The notes under the pieces were generated by a model. It ran no database searches, had not been told where the DNA came from, and was given only the letters and a program-made list of their open reading frames with translations. Position numbers and translations under genes: made by a program. Source: a virus. From it: DNA of 64,000 bases. Below, one piece after another: positions 28,788 through 38,476 of the stretch. Position 1 is the first letter of the stretch. Every line of letters begins with the position of its first letter. The DNA is taken from the IMG/VR virus record IMGVR_UViG_3300021507_000001, positions 5,105-69,104 of that record; one strand, given 5' to 3'.

Positions 28788-30001
28788 CTACAGGAGCAGA
28801 GTACTTCCAACACTTGAAGGAACCACTGCTAGCCATAGTGGACGTTGTCGCACTACGCCGCTATGGGACAGTACCGGATTATGCAGACCGCCGCGCTGAC
28901 CTGCTTTTTCGCTTGGCGGAATCCCTGGACGGATGGCGACCTCAGCCAGGCTACGATAGTGTAGGCTACTTCCTGCGCTATGTGCTGGGCCAGATACTAG
29001 GATGGGGCAGTCACGATGCCGTAGCTGCTGCTGACGAGCGCAGCGTAGTGTTCACGGATCTCGCACCGGAGACCATGGAATGGCTAGAAGACCAGGTCTC
29101 TCTGCATGATCACCAGGTGCGCAGCGATGAGGCCCTGTGGCAAGTCAGGATTGACGGTAAAACTCTTTATCTCACCACACCGCAGGTCATCGAGCGCTAC
29201 ACGTCGGCTATGGGCATTGAAGAATTCAGCCCTGACCGCCGCGTTGCAATGTTGGCTTGGCTTGATGAGCATGAACGTGTAGACATGCCGCGTCCCACAC
29301 GCCTCCCAGTCACCAGCGGAGACTTGGGAAAGTCGACGATCACCATAAGCAAGGGTGGCGAGATCACCACCAAGTCCGTAGACCTCCGGGCGGCTACTGA
29401 GAAAGCCGCTAAGGGACCAGTGCCCTGGGTGTCCCTTCAGCTTGGTGAGCTCCCAGATACTCACGGGGAACGCTATAACCGTGAGGCCGACTTCGATTTC
29501 ATGCGTGTGCCGGAGGTGCACGCCCTCGTGGAACAGCTGCGGGGTCTTCCTGTTAAAATGATCCTCGAAGCGCTGGGCCACGAGGCCCAAGACACTTTGG
29601 GAAAAGCGTTTGTGGCTATAGAAAGACTGCGAGGCGGCGACGAGTATCTAGACAATGTCCTCTATCGCCAGATCCCTCAGCTGGTAATAGAGATCGTGGG
29701 CCGTCCCAACAACCTACTTATCGGGGTGTTGCGTGATGCCTTTGGCGTTCCTTCCTCTGTTTTCAACAGCTACAATCCACCAGAGGAAGAGATCGATCTA
29801 GAAACACTCACCCGACGTATTATGGACTGGGTGCGAAGAGTTGGTGCAACTCGCACCAAGACCGGACACCGGTCAATCCCCTCGATTTGGCCTAGCCAGG
29901 CCGAGTCGATCAAAATGGCTTTGCATGGTGCATCCCTTCATAGTATCCAACGCGCTGAGAAAAACTACTTTCAGCGCAAGCGGGTCAACGTAGTTCAATA
30001 A
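28784..30001 (+). CDS. 405-aa protein with sigma region-2-like N-terminus
   Basis: DLLFRLAESLDGWRPQPGYDSVGYFLRYVLGQIL resembles sigma70 region 2. Confidence 0.45.
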   Translation: MTTGAEYFQHLKEPLLAIVDVVALRRYGTVPDYADRRADLLFRLAESLDGWRPQPGYDSVGYFLRYVLGQILGWGSHDAVAAADERSVVFTDLAPETMEWLEDQVSLHDHQVRSDEALWQVRIDGKTLYLTTPQVIERYTSAMGIEEFSPDRRVAMLAWLDEHERVDMPRPTRLPVTSGDLGKSTITISKGGEITTKSVDLRAATEKAAKGPVPWVSLQLGELPDTHGERYNREADFDFMRVPEVHALVEQLRGLPVKMILEALGHEAQDTLGKAFVAIERLRGGDEYLDNVLYRQIPQLVIEIVGRPNNLLIGVLRDAFGVPSSVFNSYNPPEEEIDLETLTRRIMDWVRRVGATRTKTGHRSIPSIWPSQAESIKMALHGASLHSIQRAEKNYFQRKRVNVVQ

Positions 30002-30165
30002 CGTTTCTAGCGTTCTCACACGGTGAGAACGTAGAATATTCTGCATGCAGAATTAACCAGGCACTATATATGCGTTGCGGTTTTACCAGAAGACTGGCAA
30101 GGCCAAGCACTGGCACAGGATGGAATAACACATTTTCCCATTCTTAATCTAGTTAGGAGGACACA

Positions 30166-30615
30166 ATGTTCAAAGTAGAAGATATGCGGTATGCGGTGAA
30201 GGTCGTTTTGTCCATTTTAAGCGGCTATCGCGGTCTACAGTTCAATAGCGATGGCGAGTGGATTGATGTGGACGGGGATTTTCCCGACGATCCATACTAC
30301 ATTTGTGCCGTCTTTGAGAATGGGCGGCATATTCCACTGCCGCTTATTATCGACGATGGTGAATGCGGCCCATTGCAGGGCGCCGTGCTGGACTTCATGG
30401 CGCGCCATGCACGTCCCAGTGGCCTGTTGCGCGGGTTCTATCGCGCGCTCGTAGCATGTGCGTGGTACGAGGAGTTGTGGGAAAGAGAACAAGCAGATTT
30501 ATGGGAGGACGTGCAAGAGCGGGAACCTTCCACCCTCGTTGAGGGTGTAAACGCTTATGTAAGTCACGAGACAATGGAGAGGGCACGCGCTCTCTCTGTT
30601 TTGTCGGGACTCTAG
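30166..30615 (+). CDS. hypothetical protein
   Basis: AGGAGG RBS. Confidence 0.6.
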   Translation: MFKVEDMRYAVKVVLSILSGYRGLQFNSDGEWIDVDGDFPDDPYYICAVFENGRHIPLPLIIDDGECGPLQGAVLDFMARHARPSGLLRGFYRALVACAWYEELWEREQADLWEDVQEREPSTLVEGVNAYVSHETMERARALSVLSGL

Positions 30616-30711
30616 ACGTTCCCCCCGTCCCCACCCCCACCCCTCCCGCGCGAGGGAAACATTTCAGTCCGGCGGCGCGGAGCCGGACTATCAAAAATTA
30701 GGAGAAATACG

Positions 30712-30996
30712 ATGATTGGGTGGATACAAAAATACAGGGTTTTTTCACGCCCCCTGTCAGATCCGTTCTGCGGGTTTGGGCGTGAGTATGTTCTTGTGTC
30801 AAGAAAAAGCGGTAGGGCGCTAGCCCATTTTCGCCAATGGGACAACGGATCCGTCATTGAAAGGTGGCATCCGTTGCGCGCTCCCCTAGTGGGGAAAATC
30901 TGGAAGCGGTCAAGGCCCAGGGGATTTCGCTTGTGCCGTGACCAGTCCCAGGAGCTGGACTGGGCTGTGGAGGCGTGGGGGGACTGGAGCGATTAG
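30712..30996 (+). CDS. hypothetical protein
   Basis: Behind repeat leader and RBS. Confidence 0.55.
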   Translation: MIGWIQKYRVFSRPLSDPFCGFGREYVLVSRKSGRALAHFRQWDNGSVIERWHPLRAPLVGKIWKRSRPRGFRLCRDQSQELDWAVEAWGDWSD

Positions 30997-31096
30997 GCGG
31001 AATGAGGGTGAGGGCCCCCCACCCTCCCGCGCGAGGTTTTACATTTCAGTCCGGCTCCGCGCCGCCGGACTATTAAAAATTAGGAGGATTGAAGGA

Positions 31097-31312
31097 ATGA
31101 ACTGGGTGGAGAAAAAATATCCCGTGGGAACACGAGTGCAGGTGCCAGACATGAGAACTGGAGAGCTGGCAGACGCCGAGGTGATAGGCCACTATCTAGG
31201 CGGCGGTTTCCAGACTCGTCATGTTGCTGGCATTGCTGTTATGTTTGATGACCACCACACTCAGCGGGTGGCAGCAGCGTTTTTGGACGAAGACGGTAAT
31301 TCCCGGGCATAA
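31097..31312 (+). CDS. hypothetical protein
   Basis: Behind repeat leader and RBS. Confidence 0.55.
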   Translation: MNWVEKKYPVGTRVQVPDMRTGELADAEVIGHYLGGGFQTRHVAGIAVMFDDHHTQRVAAAFLDEDGNSRA

Positions 31313-31328
31313 AACAGGAGGAATCAAG

Positions 31329-31709
31329 ATGAGTTCCTGTGACCATGAAATTGTGCTAGAATCAAAAAGAGATCGGCTTGGTGACATAGAAACTCTATGG
31401 AACCTCTACCAGGAAGACCCGAAAGCCCACGACAGCGATCTGGGTAGGCTTGACGAGTATGGCTTGTGTTTCGATTATGTGGAACCACATACATTTTCGG
31501 GCCAACAAGAAGGATACCGCCGCTGGCAGCTCTCGTGGGGAGGGCCGCAGGAAGAGTTTAGGATTTTCATGTGTGAAGACAAGCTCACCATACACAATAT
31601 CGAGTTCTGGTATTTGGATTGGTTCTGCGGGACAGGCATCAAGCTGTATGGGGCTGATCGCCAGCTCTTGGAAGAGATTCTGGTTGGCTTCTTTGGTATA
31701 GGAGGGTAA
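31329..31709 (+). CDS. hypothetical phage protein (LSWGGP motif)
   Basis: AGGAGG RBS. Confidence 0.6.
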   Translation: MSSCDHEIVLESKRDRLGDIETLWNLYQEDPKAHDSDLGRLDEYGLCFDYVEPHTFSGQQEGYRRWQLSWGGPQEEFRIFMCEDKLTIHNIEFWYLDWFCGTGIKLYGADRQLLEEILVGFFGIGG

Positions 31710-31710
31710 G

Positions 31711-31977
31711 ATGAGAGTGGAAATTGCCGGTTACTCCCGTGGCCACGATTATGTAAATGCCACGAAAGTAAATATTGGAAAGATTACACTCTGGTTTAGC
31801 TACGACGACCTAGTGGCCTTCCAAGTAGATGATAAGCCCCTGGTTATTCGGGAGAATGATTGGGGAACCACCACAGGAAAACACCTCAATGCGATCTGCC
31901 ACGACAAATCTCGTCGTATTTCTGCGGCAGAATTTGAGGCTGCTTTCCAGCAAGTACTGGTGGATCATGGACTATGA
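31711..31977 (+). CDS. hypothetical phage protein
   Basis: FSY...WGTTTGKHLN motif; RBS. Confidence 0.6.
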   Translation: MRVEIAGYSRGHDYVNATKVNIGKITLWFSYDDLVAFQVDDKPLVIRENDWGTTTGKHLNAICHDKSRRISAAEFEAAFQQVLVDHGL

Positions 31978-32383
31978 TCCCTACGAGGATGACTTTATCA
32001 TTGCCGCGATAGAGAGTGAGAGAGAGGAATCGCCAGGGGATAACATGGGCTGTGCGCCCCTGTTCTTGGTGATCTTCTTACTCCTCTATATAGCAAGCGG
32101 GCTTGGCTGTTGATGAAGCAACCAAACCCGCTTGCCCAAGGAGGTAGACACAGTCTACCACGATCACAGTCTGTGTCAAGACGACATACGGAGGTAAAGT
32201 GGACAGTCAGATTAATCAAGCCCTGGTGTTTCTTATTTGTGTCTTTTTGGTAACGTTCCTTTTACTGCTACACATCGGCGTATCAGCCGGCCCAGCATTT
32301 ATACTAGCTGATATTGCCGCCGTGGGAACGTTTCTGTTTTTCTGTATCCTAAGATACAGAGATACTAAATAAGGAGGAATTAG

Positions 32384-32773
32384 ATGTATAAATTCGCGGT
32401 AGACGATGTGGGGAAAATCGATTTGAATTACATCATCCGGTCCAACCCGGGTGCCGAGGTTATCTTGGTAACCTCGGGTGAGCCACGCCATTTGGTTCTG
32501 GTGTCTCCCGAATTCTTGGCCCGGTTCAAGAAAGGAGATCACGTATCTCTGAATGGTTATTATCTATGCTCCAACTGGGGCTTTAGAAGGGTGTCCATGC
32601 GATACGACAGCCGAGCCGTAATATTCGATAATGGTAATTATGATAGGTGTGCGACCACACTAGAGACGGGATGGCGTGGAACAACAGTGTCCAACATGAA
32701 TAAATTCGTGGCCGACCTGAAAACCGCGCGTGCGTTTCAGCGCGCAATCACTGTCAAGGTGCACGTTTTGTAA
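32384..32773 (+). CDS. hypothetical protein
   Basis: AAGGAGG RBS. Confidence 0.6.
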   Translation: MYKFAVDDVGKIDLNYIIRSNPGAEVILVTSGEPRHLVLVSPEFLARFKKGDHVSLNGYYLCSNWGFRRVSMRYDSRAVIFDNGNYDRCATTLETGWRGTTVSNMNKFVADLKTARAFQRAITVKVHVL

Positions 32774-32888
32774 AACGTGGTACAATAGCAGCACCCGCAG
32801 GACCCAAGTGCTTTAGGCATGGAGATAACCAAGGATGGCCATCGGCTATCGCCTGCGGGATCCATTCAATCTTAAGGAGGAGAAAAAA

Positions 32889-33677
32889 CTAAAACTCGAT
32901 ATTGTGAGCGCTCAAAATATCTTGCAGTCTAAGAATCTCGGCGCGCAAGCGATCTTTTATTACTTTGTGTTCCTCTGTGTGCTTTGCGCTCGAAACTACT
33001 TCCAGGTTACCGGGTCGATTGTCGCTCTTCACGCCGTTGAGGTGGTGGACAACCTCTTGGTGAGTTAAAGGGCGTCCTAGTTTGCGAGCCATAACCAGAC
33101 GATGCTCTAGCACATACCCATCATTATTCATCATGGAGATCGCCAAGGATTGATCGTCTTTGCTAAGAAAACGCACCAACAACCAAACGTAACCATAAGT
33201 ATCAATGGCTCTACCACCTTTCCACATGGGATGCTCAGCACCGCTTTTGGCCTTTGCAATATTTGTACACCGTAAACACCAACCGGTTGCGTTGGGAGCA
33301 GTAAGGCTTTTCGAGATTTGTGTAAAGCGGGCTTTTCCACATCTTCCACAAGTAACACTAACACGGTTGGGTGCACTTGGATCACGGACACCCCAATGGA
33401 TAACGCTGCCGCCAGACAAAACTTGATCATCGGTTCGTTTATATTTGCCACGCAAGGCATTACCAATGTTCTGACCCACTATTTTCGAGTTGCAAGCATG
33501 ACATCTACCAGTGACATCACCGCGTTTTAATCGAGTGCCATAACCGCTTTGGGCCCGACGCTTTTGCCCACAAATCGGGCAGGTTACTATCGGTCTGCTA
33601 CGTCCATTTTCGGTGTACCCGTCATAGGTTATCGTAACGCCATGGTAAATGAATGTTCCAAGAAGTTTTTTAGTCAT
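32889..33677 (-). CDS. free-standing HNH homing endonuclease
   Basis: EHRLVMA...VHHLNGVKSDNRPGNL; zinc ribbons; HPMWKGG; own promoter TTGACG-16-TATACT at 33711-33738. Confidence 0.9.
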   Translation of the reverse strand: MTKKLLGTFIYHGVTITYDGYTENGRSRPIVTCPICGQKRRAQSGYGTRLKRGDVTGRCHACNSKIVGQNIGNALRGKYKRTDDQVLSGGSVIHWGVRDPSAPNRVSVTCGRCGKARFTQISKSLTAPNATGWCLRCTNIAKAKSGAEHPMWKGGRAIDTYGYVWLLVRFLSKDDQSLAISMMNNDGYVLEHRLVMARKLGRPLTHQEVVHHLNGVKSDNRPGNLEVVSSAKHTEEHKVIKDRLRAEILRLQDILSAHNIEF

Positions 33678-33776
33678 CTATTGCGCTCCTGCAATGTTGT
33701 GATATGCTATAGTATAGCATACACTTTGAGCGCGTCAAGTTTGTCAAGTATGTCAATCACACAGGAGGGAAGTAAC

Positions 33777-34178
33777 ATGTACAGCAAAATTATTCTCGTG
33801 GGTAACCTGGGGGGAGATCCGCAGCTAAAGTTCACGGCTGACGGAGTTCCCGTAACTACCTTCAGTATGGCAACTAATCGTAAGTGGAAAAACGTGGACG
33901 GGACACCGGGCGAAGAGACCAGCTGGTTCCGAATAACTGTCTGGAGAGGACAGGCTGAACCCTGTGCTCAGTATCTTAGCAAGGGTCGTCAGGTCTTGGT
34001 CGAGGGTCGACTGACTCCCGATCCTGAAACCGGTGGCCCTAAAATTTGGACGGGGAAAGACGGCAACCCTCGCACGAGTTACGAGGTCACGGCTCAAACC
34101 GTGAAGTTCTTGGGCGGCAAGAGCGACGCCGCCCCAGCTCCAGTCAAAACTGCTTCCCCTGTCGAGGACGAGTGGTAA
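33777..34178 (+). CDS. ssb: single-stranded DNA-binding protein
   Basis: KIILVGNLGGDP, KGRQVLVEGRL, acidic tail. Confidence 0.95.
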   Translation: MYSKIILVGNLGGDPQLKFTADGVPVTTFSMATNRKWKNVDGTPGEETSWFRITVWRGQAEPCAQYLSKGRQVLVEGRLTPDPETGGPKIWTGKDGNPRTSYEVTAQTVKFLGGKSDAAPAPVKTASPVEDEW

Positions 34179-34186
34179 ATGCGTTT

Positions 34187-34221
34187 AGCGGGAGATCAGG
34201 CATTATGCTTGATCTCCCGTT
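34187..34221. terminator. long hairpin between convergent genes
   Basis: AGCGGGAGATCAGGCAT/ATGCTTGATCTCCCGTT. Confidence 0.6.
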
Positions 34222-34685
34222 GTTGTAGAGGTGGCATCAATAATCAGATGACCGCCAGAGGACAAGATGGGACGACCCTCGGCAACATTGAACTCTACTA
34301 ACTGGGGAACGAACACTTGAATATTGCTTCTTGCTGGTTCGTTGGTGGTTTCTGTGCCGATAAAGCTGCGCGCGATTTCCCAAAGCAGCTTCTTGGCCTG
34401 GATACTATCAGGCTCTTGAGCCTCCATAGCCAGTGCTCGAATCATATCAGGTAATGCTTCAATCGCTTGTTGCCCAACGTGCTGTAAAGCAAAGGTGCGC
34501 AACGATTGCATGTGTTGGTCTAACACGCCAGACTCAATCCAGGCATAGAAAGTGTTCTTCGCAATACCTACCTCTGCTAATGCTTTGGTCAGGCTCATGC
34601 CAGAAGCTTGTAGCCGATAGACCTGTGACAAGCGGTCTATCTTAACAGTATCGTTATATTCATCGAGCTGAGTTTTTGTCGTCAT
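34203..34685 (-). CDS. HTH protein, possible terminase small subunit
   Basis: GMSLTKALAEVGIAKNTFYAW HTH, helical core, beta tail; TGGTACAAT 6 nt before ATG. Confidence 0.55.
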   Translation of the reverse strand: MTTKTQLDEYNDTVKIDRLSQVYRLQASGMSLTKALAEVGIAKNTFYAWIESGVLDQHMQSLRTFALQHVGQQAIEALPDMIRALAMEAQEPDSIQAKKLLWEIARSFIGTETTNEPARSNIQVFVPQLVEFNVAEGRPILSSGGHLIIDATSTTTGDQA

Positions 34686-34729
34686 GGGCACATTGTACCA
34701 TAAAGAGAAGACATCACCAGGAGGGAAAC

Positions 34730-35461
34730 ATGGTAACTCTTGCTGAACGCGTGGCCGCCTTGCCCACATTTGAAGAACTGCAAGCACGTGGTGTACCGGG
34801 CCGGAGTCGTCTACTGACGCCAGAAGAGAGAAATGCCGTCGTCAAGCGACCCTCGCCCCGCAGGTATGGTGGCAAGGCTGAGCAGTGGCTCAAGAGCCGC
34901 CTGGAAAGAGCAGGTGCCACCCTATACAAGAATGTCGACGCACTGTGTACCGGGCGAGACAAGCGTACCGGAGAGACGTACCACTTCCGGCAAAAGTCTA
35001 AATTCGTAGACTTCTCTGGCACCATTCCCCTGGTGATCCGAGGAGAGCCTCATATCGTCACGGTACAGATTGAAGTAAAGGCTTTTCAAAAGGCCTTTGC
35101 ACTAAATGGCTTGAAGCAACACCAGCAAAACATCCTACTGGCTGCCAAGAAACGCGGGGAATTACCATTGGTGGCGCTGGTGCTGCACGAACAGGGAAAA
35201 ATACAACAGGGCTGGTTGTTCATCTATCGCGCAACCGGGGCTCCAAAGGGCAATCTGTCACAGAATATCCCCGACTGGGCAGACTTGCTTGCCGTGATAA
35301 ACGACAATGCCGTCACAGACAAACGCTTTGGTGGCAAGTCCGCACGACTGAAAGACCTGGCAGAATTTGAGCAGTGTACCACCAAAAAGGTGAAAGGTCG
35401 CTGGCAGACATTCCCCTGGCTAGCGGACCTACTCCCCCAAAAATCACCGGAGATGTGGTGA
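34730..35461 (+). CDS. RecU-like Holliday junction resolvase (PD-D/ExK)
   Basis: GGKAE, KSKFVDFSG, IEVKA, LKQHQ. Confidence 0.65.
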   Translation: MVTLAERVAALPTFEELQARGVPGRSRLLTPEERNAVVKRPSPRRYGGKAEQWLKSRLERAGATLYKNVDALCTGRDKRTGETYHFRQKSKFVDFSGTIPLVIRGEPHIVTVQIEVKAFQKAFALNGLKQHQQNILLAAKKRGELPLVALVLHEQGKIQQGWLFIYRATGAPKGNLSQNIPDWADLLAVINDNAVTDKRFGGKSARLKDLAEFEQCTTKKVKGRWQTFPWLADLLPQKSPEMW

Positions 35462-35474
35462 AGAGGAGATTACG

Positions 35475-35756
35475 ATGAACTTGAATAAGTATGTAAAACG
35501 TCTTCGCAAGTATCTTGAGTATTGGGGATTTGTTATCGAGGACGTAGAAAAAGACCCATATTTATTGTCTGTTGAGCTCCACATCAAAACCTCAGCGGGT
35601 GTTCTCTTGTATCTATATATCAATCTGTCGATAAACCATGTGTCTCTGGGTCGCATGGGAGAGACGCTTGATAAAGACATGAACTATCTGTTTTGGCCGG
35701 TGTACAAACCCAAGATTATCGCACAGCTAGTGCGCGCGACACTGTTTGTGCCATAG
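35475..35756 (+). CDS. hypothetical protein
   Basis: GAGGAG RBS. Confidence 0.55.
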   Translation: MNLNKYVKRLRKYLEYWGFVIEDVEKDPYLLSVELHIKTSAGVLLYLYINLSINHVSLGRMGETLDKDMNYLFWPVYKPKIIAQLVRATLFVP

Positions 35757-35775
35757 AGACAAAGGAGAAATCAAG

Positions 35776-36183
35776 ATGACCACATTAAGAGTAACGAGAA
35801 AGAATGGCGTTGTAGATATTCGTATAATCAAGGGAAAAATGTCTATAAAGAGAAACTTTTTTGGTTCTCGCATTCTGACCAGTACAGATGTTGAAGAGGG
35901 AAACGGCGTCTTTGGCCCTAGCGGCCCGTGTTATTTCATGCGCAGCGAAAAAGAAAACGGTGCTTTTGATTCTGACAATTCATGTCGTCTTCTGCATGAC
36001 GGAAAAGGAGTAACAGTTGTGTTTCATGAATTGTTACCGACAGAACCCAAAAGCAATGCGCCCAGAGAAGTTTGGGAACGATGGGCACGAGAATACAGCA
36101 ACTGCTTGATGAAAAGAGTTCATCTAGTCACTAGCGCCCTGGCGGATGATTTCGAGATCAATCTTGAAATGCATTTCTCCTAA
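35776..36183 (+). CDS. hypothetical protein
   Basis: AAGGAG RBS. Confidence 0.55.
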   Translation: MTTLRVTRKNGVVDIRIIKGKMSIKRNFFGSRILTSTDVEEGNGVFGPSGPCYFMRSEKENGAFDSDNSCRLLHDGKGVTVVFHELLPTEPKSNAPREVWERWAREYSNCLMKRVHLVTSALADDFEINLEMHFS

Positions 36184-36200
36184 GAAAACAAGGAAACCAC

Positions 36201-36923
36201 ATGAACGACCTTGTCACGTTACTAAGCGGTGGCGGTAAAGCCATAGAAGCCCTGGGCAGTTTGGCCGCCGACAAGTTGTATGCGGCTCACGACGGGGTCG
36301 TAACAGATGATGCTGCTACACAAGCAGAATACCTTGCCACTATGCTAAGAGTGGCCGAGTCACAGCGGCAGCTGCTGCGAGCCGCTCAGGGTTGGATTGT
36401 CATGCAGCTGGTGCGAACTGGTCTGTGGCAAGCACACCCTGATGGGTACAGCTCCCTGCGTGCATTTCTGCGCTGCGCCGGTGGGCTTAGCGAGTCTGCC
36501 GTGTCAGAGCTAAACACACTGGGGGAATACATAGTACCCTACTGTGACCGGCACAAGATTTCACTAGACACAGCGCTAGCTCCTCACCAGTGGGGAAAGA
36601 CCCGCGAGGTACTTTCTCACTTACGCGGTCTGATTCGTGATGAGCAACCAGCCGAGGTTGTGCAAGAGGTTCTTGATGTTGCGGCCAGGGCCAGCAACCG
36701 CGACGTAGTGCGCGAGCGATATCGTAAACACTACGCTGATACCATCGGCAAGGGCACCTTCATTCACCGTGATGGAACTACCCTTGCTGTGATTCTGTTG
36801 AACGATCCAGATAACGCAAAATCACTACTATCCAAACTGGGGGGCAGTGTCGAGTGGAACCTGATTGCTGCACAGAAAGATACTCGCAACCCACGAGAGA
36901 TAGAAGTCCAGGTTAATCTGTGA
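36201..36923 (+). CDS. hypothetical protein
   Basis: 240-aa ORF in operon. Confidence 0.65.
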   Translation: MNDLVTLLSGGGKAIEALGSLAADKLYAAHDGVVTDDAATQAEYLATMLRVAESQRQLLRAAQGWIVMQLVRTGLWQAHPDGYSSLRAFLRCAGGLSESAVSELNTLGEYIVPYCDRHKISLDTALAPHQWGKTREVLSHLRGLIRDEQPAEVVQEVLDVAARASNRDVVRERYRKHYADTIGKGTFIHRDGTTLAVILLNDPDNAKSLLSKLGGSVEWNLIAAQKDTRNPREIEVQVNL

Positions 36924-37642
36924 TGTCAAGCATCTGGCACTATGCCGCTATGCGAGACGTAACACCGTCTCAGCGCATAGCGTTCAAGGTGCTGGAAAGT
37001 GCTGTCATGGACAGAGATGTGCAGTTTGCGCTAAGTGAAGACCTTGACATTTGGTTGGTTTTGGCAACAGGCAGAAAGGTAAATATTGAAGAGTGTCGCA
37101 TCCGGCTACTGGCCCGCATGGGAATACGCCGATTGGAGAATGGGGTGAACTTCATTGAAATTGACCTAAAACGCGTCATCGAGGATCTCGGGGTACACTT
37201 TCAGCAAACTTACGTAGGAGAATATACATATTCCTGCCCCGTGTGCGGTGAATCCATTGCGCAAACTGACCAAAAGTGTCCCGTTTGTGAAACGCCAGTG
37301 GTCTGGCTACACAGTAGGGTCTGGCGGGATTTGTACGGCTCGCCAGCAGCGGCCAAGCGAGAGCTAAGTGTAATTCTGCCGCAGAAGCCAGCCGAGACCC
37401 TGGCCCTAAAGCAGCTAGGACTACGCGGCTTTGCCAACACTGCCGAGCAGCGCCGCTTTCAGGATGCGGCGTCATTGCTTAGCGATGACCGCATCCGTGG
37501 TATGGTGCGGTATGTGGCACAAGAACACCGGGGACGGGCTGGTCTCCAACACCTTATCAACTGGATGAAAAAAGAAGCCAAGGGCACACGCAAGTCCAAG
37601 CGTGTTCTGCCTGCAGAACTAGATTTATCAAGTCAGATTTGA
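36920..37642 (+). CDS. zinc-ribbon protein, possible replication accessory
   Basis: CPVC...CPVC; C-terminal LDLSSQI. Confidence 0.6.
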   Translation: MMSSIWHYAAMRDVTPSQRIAFKVLESAVMDRDVQFALSEDLDIWLVLATGRKVNIEECRIRLLARMGIRRLENGVNFIEIDLKRVIEDLGVHFQQTYVGEYTYSCPVCGESIAQTDQKCPVCETPVVWLHSRVWRDLYGSPAAAKRELSVILPQKPAETLALKQLGLRGFANTAEQRRFQDAASLLSDDRIRGMVRYVAQEHRGRAGLQHLINWMKKEAKGTRKSKRVLPAELDLSSQI

Positions 37643-37662
37643 TAATCAAGGAGTGTACGAAT

Positions 37663-37881
37663 ATGTTCGACACAAGGAAACAGGCAACGGACTTACTCAC
37701 TAGTAATCACGACGAAGCCACCATAGTTTGTGATGTGTGCGGACTTATGTATACTGCACGCCCGCTGGTGTGTCTGTGTCGAAGCAGTGTGTTTCTGCGA
37801 GAGCATCGCGAGTCAGATATCGATAACCCGCTTTTCAATAGGTGGAAGGAACGCCAGAATGAAACTGAAATTGCGGATTAG
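37663..37881 (+). CDS. small Cys-rich protein
   Basis: AAGGAG RBS; CDVC, CLC. Confidence 0.5.
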   Translation: MFDTRKQATDLLTSNHDEATIVCDVCGLMYTARPLVCLCRSSVFLREHRESDIDNPLFNRWKERQNETEIAD

Positions 37882-38095
37882 TTTGGCAGACCTACCTGGC
37901 AAGAGAGACGTTGCTTATCTCTCTGATCGCATCGATAGCATAGTACAAGAGCAGTATAGCAGATACGCTAGCTACAGCGTTTATCTTAACAAAAACCCCA
38001 CTGCCATAACAGTTCGGGCAAAAGGGGACATGCTTTACTTGCTAGATGTCATGGAGATTATCGATGGTGTTTTACGTGAAGCGTCTGGTTTGTAA
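37859..38095 (+). CDS. hypothetical protein
   Basis: Coupled ORF. Confidence 0.45.
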   Translation: MKLKLRISLADLPGKRDVAYLSDRIDSIVQEQYSRYASYSVYLNKNPTAITVRAKGDMLYLLDVMEIIDGVLREASGL

Positions 38096-38476
38096 ACTGG
38101 TTTTTGGCTGGATGCCATTGTCTTGGTGGATTGGCCTTGCGATAGAGCATGTTGAGCAGGGCGTGAAAGAAATCGCCAAGGAAACAGCCACTAGTGATGA
38201 TTGGGTATTGTTGATACGCAACAACCTGATTTACCGCAGGTTATCTGAAACGCGCTGCCTGATCACCCGACAAGAGGAGGAAGTTCGCAATGCGAAGCCA
38301 CATACAAGTTTTCGGCCCTAAGTACGGTAGGGAGTATGACGTAAAGTATGTCATCTGTACACAGGGCGCTGGCTGCGGGTATCCCGTTGAGGCGTCACTA
38401 AAAGTGGAAGACATTTGTGCTCTCATCGATGACTTCGATATGGAGCTCATCGACAACACGGGAGAGGACTTCGACC

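Noticed and set aside
21676-31932. CRISPR array made of the 13-bp palindromes
   Set aside because: Repeats are too short, irregularly spaced by hundreds of bases, often inside genes, and no cas genes are present
32889-33677. Group I intron around the HNH gene
   Set aside because: The HNH is antisense, has its own promoter and interrupts no visible CDS; no intron core was recognised
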